A stretch of DNA of 64,000 nucleotides, taken from contig JBFWJS010000005.1 in the NCBI GenBank assembly GCA_050253075.1, positions 142,769 to 206,768 on the forward strand, given 5' to 3'. Position numbers and translations under genes: made by a program. Numbering within the stretch: the first letter of the stretch is position 1; each line of letters begins with the position of its first letter. Origin of the DNA: Deferribacterales bacterium (GTDB lineage Bacteria; Chrysiogenota; Deferribacteres; Deferribacterales; Geovibrionaceae). This document shows positions 58,824-64,000 of the stretch, one piece after another. The notes beneath the pieces are model-generated. The model saw only the letters and a list, made by a program, of their open reading frames with translations, made no database searches and was not told the DNA's origin.

Positions 58824-59981
58824 ATGAGTGAACTGAAGAAATTATTTTATCTGACCGCCGTATTCCTGCTCATCTTTTTCGTATCCTTCGACACCCCGAA
58901 GATGAGTTCGTCCATACTGGAGGGCTTCTTCCTTTTACAGGACTACGTGCGTGAACACACTCTGACGTGTCTGATACCTGCGCTTTTCATAGCGGGTGCT
59001 ATCAGCGTTATGATATCTCAGGCGGCAGTGATAAAATACTTCGGAGCTGATGCGAACAGGTTCCTCGCTTATTCCGTGGCTTCTGTTTCGGGGAGCATAC
59101 TCGCCGTCTGCTCATGCACCATCCTCCCCCTCTTTGCAGGGATATACCGCAGGGGAGCGGGCATAGGCCCGGCCACCGCATTTGTTTACTCAGGTCCTGC
59201 CATAAACATTCTGGCTATCATCCTCACCGCTAAGATCCTCGGGTGGCAGCTCGGGCTCGCCAGAGCAGTGGGAGCAGTCTTCTTCTCCGTTATCATAGGT
59301 CTCATAATGGCCTTCATATACAGAAACGAAAAGCCCGCCGCACCGCCTGCACCAAAATCCGCAGTGGACAGCGAGGTAAAACCGATAGGCAAATCTGTCG
59401 TATTCTTCATCATGATGACGGCAGTGCTGATATTTGCCACATGGGCGAGACCCTCGTCCGAAGGCACGCTCTTCTCCATGATATTCAGCCTGAAATGGGT
59501 TCTGGCGGGCGTATCGCTCATATGCGTGCTCATCATAGCCTTTAACCTTTTGAACAAACAGGAACGCACAGACTGGATGATAGAAACATGGGAATTTGCT
59601 AAACAGATAATCCCACTTCTCTTCATCGGTGTTCTCGTGGCGGGATTCTTCCTCGGCAGACCGGGCCATGAAGGCATCATCCCCGCCGTATATATAGAGT
59701 CTCTCGTAGGGGGGAACAGCTTCGGCGCCGTATTCTTTTCCTCTCTTGTGGGCTCGCTTATGTATTTCGCTACGCTGACAGAGATACCTATCCTGCAGGG
59801 GCTCATCGGAGCAGGCATGGGCAAGGGACCCGCACTGGCGCTTCTGCTCGCAGGCCCGGCACTCAGTCTGCCTAACATGCTGGTGATAAAGAGCGTCATC
59901 GGCACACAGAAAACTATTGTATACGTCACACTCGTGGTTATTATGTCCACTGCCGCAGGACTTATTTTCGGCAGCTTCTAA
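58824..59981 (+). CDS. ArsP/DUF318-like permease
   Basis: EHTLTCLIPALFIAG, LAVCSCTILPLF, MYFATLTE, AGPALSLP. Confidence 0.85.
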   Translation: MSELKKLFYLTAVFLLIFFVSFDTPKMSSSILEGFFLLQDYVREHTLTCLIPALFIAGAISVMISQAAVIKYFGADANRFLAYSVASVSGSILAVCSCTILPLFAGIYRRGAGIGPATAFVYSGPAINILAIILTAKILGWQLGLARAVGAVFFSVIIGLIMAFIYRNEKPAAPPAPKSAVDSEVKPIGKSVVFFIMMTAVLIFATWARPSSEGTLFSMIFSLKWVLAGVSLICVLIIAFNLLNKQERTDWMIETWEFAKQIIPLLFIGVLVAGFFLGRPGHEGIIPAVYIESLVGGNSFGAVFFSSLVGSLMYFATLTEIPILQGLIGAGMGKGPALALLLAGPALSLPNMLVIKSVIGTQKTIVYVTLVVIMSTAAGLIFGSF

Positions 59982-59991
59982 GGAGTTAGAT

Positions 59992-60231
59992 ATGAGAATA
60001 AAAGTATTAGGACCCGGATGCAGAAATTGTAAAACAGTACACGACATGGTGCTCGCCGCTGTAACAGAGCTTGAGCTCACAGATGCCACCATCGAATATA
60101 TTCAGGATATGAACGTGATATCCTCATACATAATGACAACACCGGGGCTTGTCGTTGACGAAGTTGTCATGCACGAGGGTAAACCACTGCCCACTTACGA
60201 TAAAATAAAAGCACTTCTTACAGGTAAATAA
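59992..60231 (+). CDS. Small thioredoxin-fold redox protein
   Basis: MRIKVLGPGCRNC, IMTTPGLVVD; AAGGAG RBS. Confidence 0.88.
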   Translation: MRIKVLGPGCRNCKTVHDMVLAAVTELELTDATIEYIQDMNVISSYIMTTPGLVVDEVVMHEGKPLPTYDKIKALLTGK

Positions 60232-60295
60232 AAACTTTTATCGTTTTATTTCTGTTTCCGTGCTAATTTAAAAGAAAAAGCCCGGAGCAGATAAA

Positions 60296-61105
60296 ATGGA
60301 AAATACTGTAGCTTTTATCAAAGACTGGGCTATGACAAACGGTCTGAACATCGTCTATGCCATAGCCATCTTCATTATCGGACGATACATCGCCAGAGGT
60401 CTCGCATCTCTGATGAAAAAGGCTCTCAACAAAGCAAATGTGGAGATCACACTTACAAAGTTTTTGTCTAAACTGGTGTACTACCTCCTCCTCGCCGCTG
60501 TAGTTATAGCAGCGCTGAATAAACTCGGCATAGAGACAACATCTGTCGTCGCCGTACTCGCCACCGCAGGTCTGGCTATAGGTCTCGCACTGAAAGACTC
60601 CCTGTCGAACCTCGCCGCAGGCGTCATGATCATCATATTCAAGCCTTTCGTGATAGGAAACTTCATAGAAACAGCAGGTACAGCAGGCATAGTCGAAGAG
60701 ATAAGTATCTTCACCACAAAGCTAAAAACACCTGATAACAAAATAATAATAGTGCCTAACTCATCCGTTATTAACGGTAATATAATAAACTTCTCCGCTC
60801 AGGAAACCAGACGTGTGGACATCACGGTCGGCGTAGGATACGAGTCCGACATCAAAAAGGTGAAAGATATCCTGAACGGCATCATAGCATCCACACCGAC
60901 AGTAATGACCGACCCTGCACCTATGGTCGCACTCCTGAACCTCGGCGAATCCAGCATAGACTTCGTAATGAGATCATGGGTAAAGACAGACGACTACTGG
61001 CCTACATACTTTGAAATGATGGAAAAGATCAAGACAAGGCTGGACGAGGAAGGGGTCAACATTCCGTTCCCACAGATGGATGTACATCTGAAGAAAGAGG
61101 ATTAA
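60296..61105 (+). CDS. mscS: Small-conductance mechanosensitive channel
   Basis: GLAIGLALKDSLSNLAAG, PF.IG, VPNS, GVNIPFPQ. Confidence 0.9.
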   Translation: MENTVAFIKDWAMTNGLNIVYAIAIFIIGRYIARGLASLMKKALNKANVEITLTKFLSKLVYYLLLAAVVIAALNKLGIETTSVVAVLATAGLAIGLALKDSLSNLAAGVMIIIFKPFVIGNFIETAGTAGIVEEISIFTTKLKTPDNKIIIVPNSSVINGNIINFSAQETRRVDITVGVGYESDIKKVKDILNGIIASTPTVMTDPAPMVALLNLGESSIDFVMRSWVKTDDYWPTYFEMMEKIKTRLDEEGVNIPFPQMDVHLKKED

Positions 61106-61938
61106 TCCGCTTTTCTGACGTTTGTATACCAGTAAGCCATAGCGACAAAGACTGTTCCGCCGACGAAGTTGCCCAGAGTAACTGCGATGAGGTTGTGCGT
61201 CCAGATATCCGCCCAGTTCAGCAGGTCGAGCTTATCTGCGGATATGCCTGACAGCTCTACTGCTTTCGAATATCCCTTTGCGAATATTCCCGCAGAGAGG
61301 AAGTACATATTCGCTATGCTGTGCTCAAAGCCCGAAGCGACGAACGCCATAATGGGGAAGAATATCCCGAGTATCTTACCCGTGATGTCCGTAGCGGCGG
61401 CAGCCATGACAACAGCGAGGCACACCAGCCAGTTACATCCGACAGCACGGAAGAAGTACGCAGTGTTATGCCCGACCCCTTCGGGGGAGACAGTGAGCTT
61501 GCCGTAGGCTATCTTCAGCGCTGTAGCACCGACAGGTCCGTCGAGAAGCCCTGTGCCCCATGCGATTATCCACGCAAGGATGATGGTGCCGATGAAATTC
61601 GCTATGAATACATAAACCCAGTTTCTGAACATGTGCCTGATGCCTATGCGCTTTTCAAGGATGGAGAATGTCATGAGGTTGTTCCCTGTCCACAGCTCGG
61701 AACCAGGGATGATGACGAGCATCAGACCAAAGCTGAACACAGCCCCCGTGAGAAACTGTTTCGCCCCGAACCACTCAGTATCCCCAGTGGCGACGGTTGT
61801 GGCGAGATGTGCGGCAAAGCCGATATATGCGCCCGCCAGAATACCGAGTATGACAAGGTTAACAGCAGACATTTTAGATTTGACCACGCCGGATTCCACA
61901 AAGATACCGTATAGCTTTTCAGGAGCATTAAAAGACAA
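61102..61938 (-). CDS. Formate/nitrite transporter (FNT) family
   Basis: GILAGAYIG, ELWTGN, CNWLVCLAV, GFEHSIANM, TLGNFVGG; TTG start after GAGGTG. Confidence 0.9.
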   Translation of the reverse strand: MSFNAPEKLYGIFVESGVVKSKMSAVNLVILGILAGAYIGFAAHLATTVATGDTEWFGAKQFLTGAVFSFGLMLVIIPGSELWTGNNLMTFSILEKRIGIRHMFRNWVYVFIANFIGTIILAWIIAWGTGLLDGPVGATALKIAYGKLTVSPEGVGHNTAYFFRAVGCNWLVCLAVVMAAAATDITGKILGIFFPIMAFVASGFEHSIANMYFLSAGIFAKGYSKAVELSGISADKLDLLNWADIWTHNLIAVTLGNFVGGTVFVAMAYWYTNVRKAD

Positions 61939-62061
61939 AACCCACCTCACTTAAGTCATTACTATATATGTACTATCCTGACCAAACATGTCAATGTTTA
62001 TTAAGTTAACTATTTATTACAGTTTTAAAAAGGACTTAAACGGTGACTTTTCACATAGATA

Positions 62062-62076
62062 TGATAATTTTTATCA
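62062..62076. promoter_or_regulatory. Fur-box-like 7-1-7 inverted repeat
   Basis: TGATAAT-T-TTTATCA, one mismatch to TGATAAT-N-ATTATCA. Confidence 0.4.
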
Positions 62077-62172
62077 CATAAATGCAATTAATCATGTTAT
62101 TATTTCATATTATAAAGACATTTCTGTTCATTAATCTTATTTTTTCACGCAAAATTAAATAAGGAATTACCT

Positions 62173-64000
62173 ATGAAAAGTTTAACAGCTTTATTCTTCA
62201 AAATTACAGTTCTCACTGCGATGACCATACTTTTGGTTTCATGCGGGGGAGGCGGAGGCGGCGGCAGTTCCTCGGGCTCATCCGGTCAGTCGGTAACTGT
62301 AAAGCTCAACATATCTCAGGACAACTTTCGCTCTGCTCCGACCAGCAGGGTCAGCATAAACGGCTCTGAGATAGCCTCGCTACTGCTCACCGTCACCGGA
62401 AACGAGACCAACATCTCAGAAGACATCCTGAGTGCGGTGGAGAATGACGGTTTTGTAACCCTTGAGCTCATCTTAAACAACAGATACACATTCGGCATCG
62501 AAGCATCGGACGCAGACGACAATGAGCTGTGCTCGGGCTCCACAGCCGTAACGATAAACAGCGCACAGCGTGACGTCACACTCATCTGCGAGTCCCCCGA
62601 CGATAATAACAACGGCGGAGGCGGTGACGGTGGAGACGGCGTTATCTCGTTCACCATAAACGGCGTTGCGGCATCTGGTCTCCCTCTCTCCGGCGGGATG
62701 GTATACCTCAAAGATGCAAACGGCACAGTCGTCACGGCTCCGATAGGCGAAGACGGGAGCTACACCATATCCACCACAGGGCTCACGGCTCCTTTCATTC
62801 TGAAAGCTGTCGGCACAGTGGGCACAGCGGTGAAAACTCTTTATGCATTCACCGACAACGGCGGAGTGATGAACATAAACCCTTATGTAAACCTTGCAGC
62901 AGCAGCGGCACTCGGCGTTTCAGATATGGATGCGGTTTACGAGGCTCCGTCAGGCTACAGATCAAACATGACGTATGAAAACATCGCAGCGGCATCGGAA
63001 TCCATCGTAAGGATATTCGCCGATATATTTGCAGCACTCGGAGTCTCAGGCTCTGACCCGCTCAGCGGAAGCTACTCCGCAGACAGCTCGGGCATAGACG
63101 GTATCCTTGATTATCTCGATATAAAGCTCACCCCTTCTGGTTTCACCGTTGCGGATAAATCCACGGGAAACCCTGTGATATCCGGCACAGTGAGCGACCT
63201 CACCGCTGAGACACCGCCAAGCATCCCTGCGGATGTGGAGGCTCTGATAGCATCTTATGTATCTATCACGGTATCCCAGCTGGCAGAGGCAAAGGCGTTT
63301 ATGGAAGATTTCTACCTTTCATTCTCCAGAGGCAGCTACGAAGCATACCTCGCAGACGACTTTACATATAATGACGGCTACACCAGAGACACCATGACAA
63401 CATGGACAATGTATACAGGAAACTACGACAGTATCGAAAACTTTCAGATATTCCAGAGGATGACAACGGACAAGCTGATGGTTTACTTCTACGTCGTGGA
63501 TACAAACGGCGGCATGTCGCCTGTGTTCTACACCATCGAAAAGATCGCAGGTACTTGGTACATCACTGGTAACGAAGAGACATTCACGGCAACGGCGGGG
63601 CTTTCCGTCACACGCTCATTCGGATCTGACGGCACAGTTACATATAATACCGGTCTGATGCTCTCAGCAGCCGAATTGACAGGTCTGGTCGATGTCGCCG
63701 TTATAAACGTAACAGGGCCGGGGCTCCCCGAGGACGGTCTGAACATCATAAGAGACTACGACACAAACGAGCCCGTAATATACAACGGCACAAACTCAGG
63801 CAATAAATACTACATGACAGCATCACAGCTAGCCCAGATTCAGGAAGCATTCGACACTGACGGATACGCAGCATACACATTCTCGGCGTACGAAACTGTC
63901 TCGCAGGATTATACACCAATGGGCACAGCGATACAGTCCATCACAAAGACTGTTTACACATCCGAAATCCCTCTGACAAACAGCGCAGAGGATATAGACG
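62173..64000 (+). CDS. Large surface lipoprotein (3' end runs off window)
   Basis: Not in ORF track; MKSLTALFF...LVSC lipobox, Gly/Ser linker, later NGVAASG.PL..G.V.LKDANG Ig-like segment. Confidence 0.8.
   Translation, partial: MKSLTALFFKITVLTAMTILLVSCGGGGGGGSSSGSSGQSVTVKLNISQDNFRSAPTSRVSINGSEIASLLLTVTGNETNISEDILSAVENDGFVTLELILNNRYTFGIEASDADDNELCSGSTAVTINSAQRDVTLICESPDDNNNGGGGDGGDGVISFTINGVAASGLPLSGGMVYLKDANGTVVTAPIGEDGSYTISTTGLTAPFILKAVGTVGTAVKTLYAFTDNGGVMNINPYVNLAAAAALGVSDMDAVYEAPSGYRSNMTYENIAAASESIVRIFADIFAALGVSGSDPLSGSYSADSSGIDGILDYLDIKLTPSGFTVADKSTGNPVISGTVSDLTAETPPSIPADVEALIASYVSITVSQLAEAKAFMEDFYLSFSRGSYEAYLADDFTYNDGYTRDTMTTWTMYTGNYDSIENFQIFQRMTTDKLMVYFYVVDTNGGMSPVFYTIEKIAGTWYITGNEETFTATAGLSVTRSFGSDGTVTYNTGLMLSAAELTGLVDVAVINVTGPGLPEDGLNIIRDYDTNEPVIYNGTNSGNKYYMTASQLAQIQEAFDTDGYAAYTFSAYETVSQDYTPMGTAIQSITKTVYTSEIPLTNSAEDID

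Overview
Bacterial chromosomal window. Gene content and style suggest an anaerobic, flagellated Deferribacterota-like organism (inference). The core genes include the start of the dcw cluster (mraZ-ORF-rsmH-ftsL-ftsI-murE-murF, minus strand), an MCP, mazG, fapA, smc, ftsY, glnK-amtB, flhG-like/cheW/cheZ, an acyl-CoA synthetase, ygiQ, ilvA, arsP, mscS and an FNT transporter. Interleaved with them is a split, apparently intact set of phage virion genes: terS-terL-portal (17.4-20.4 kb, minus) and protease-decoration-capsid-neck-tail tip/fibres-holin-like (30.3-42.4 kb, plus), with a divergent XRE/excisionase-like HTH pair between them. No integrase, transposase, replication, tail tube, tape measure or endolysin gene is recognisable. 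Both virion operons carry the same promoter architecture (GTTTC-N14-TTAAACATAT-N17-TAnnATCC). The best hypothesis is a domesticated, co-regulated gene-transfer-agent-like system, possibly with a very short tail. Other highlights: two dispersed ~170-bp non-coding elements with near-identically spaced DnaA-box-like sites and an IHF-like site; a CheW-CheZ fusion joined across an A11 run (-1 frame); two Fic paralogues lacking the catalytic His; a subtilase with an in-frame TAA near its 5' end; and four REP-like palindromes. All family assignments come from reading motifs by eye, not from database searches.
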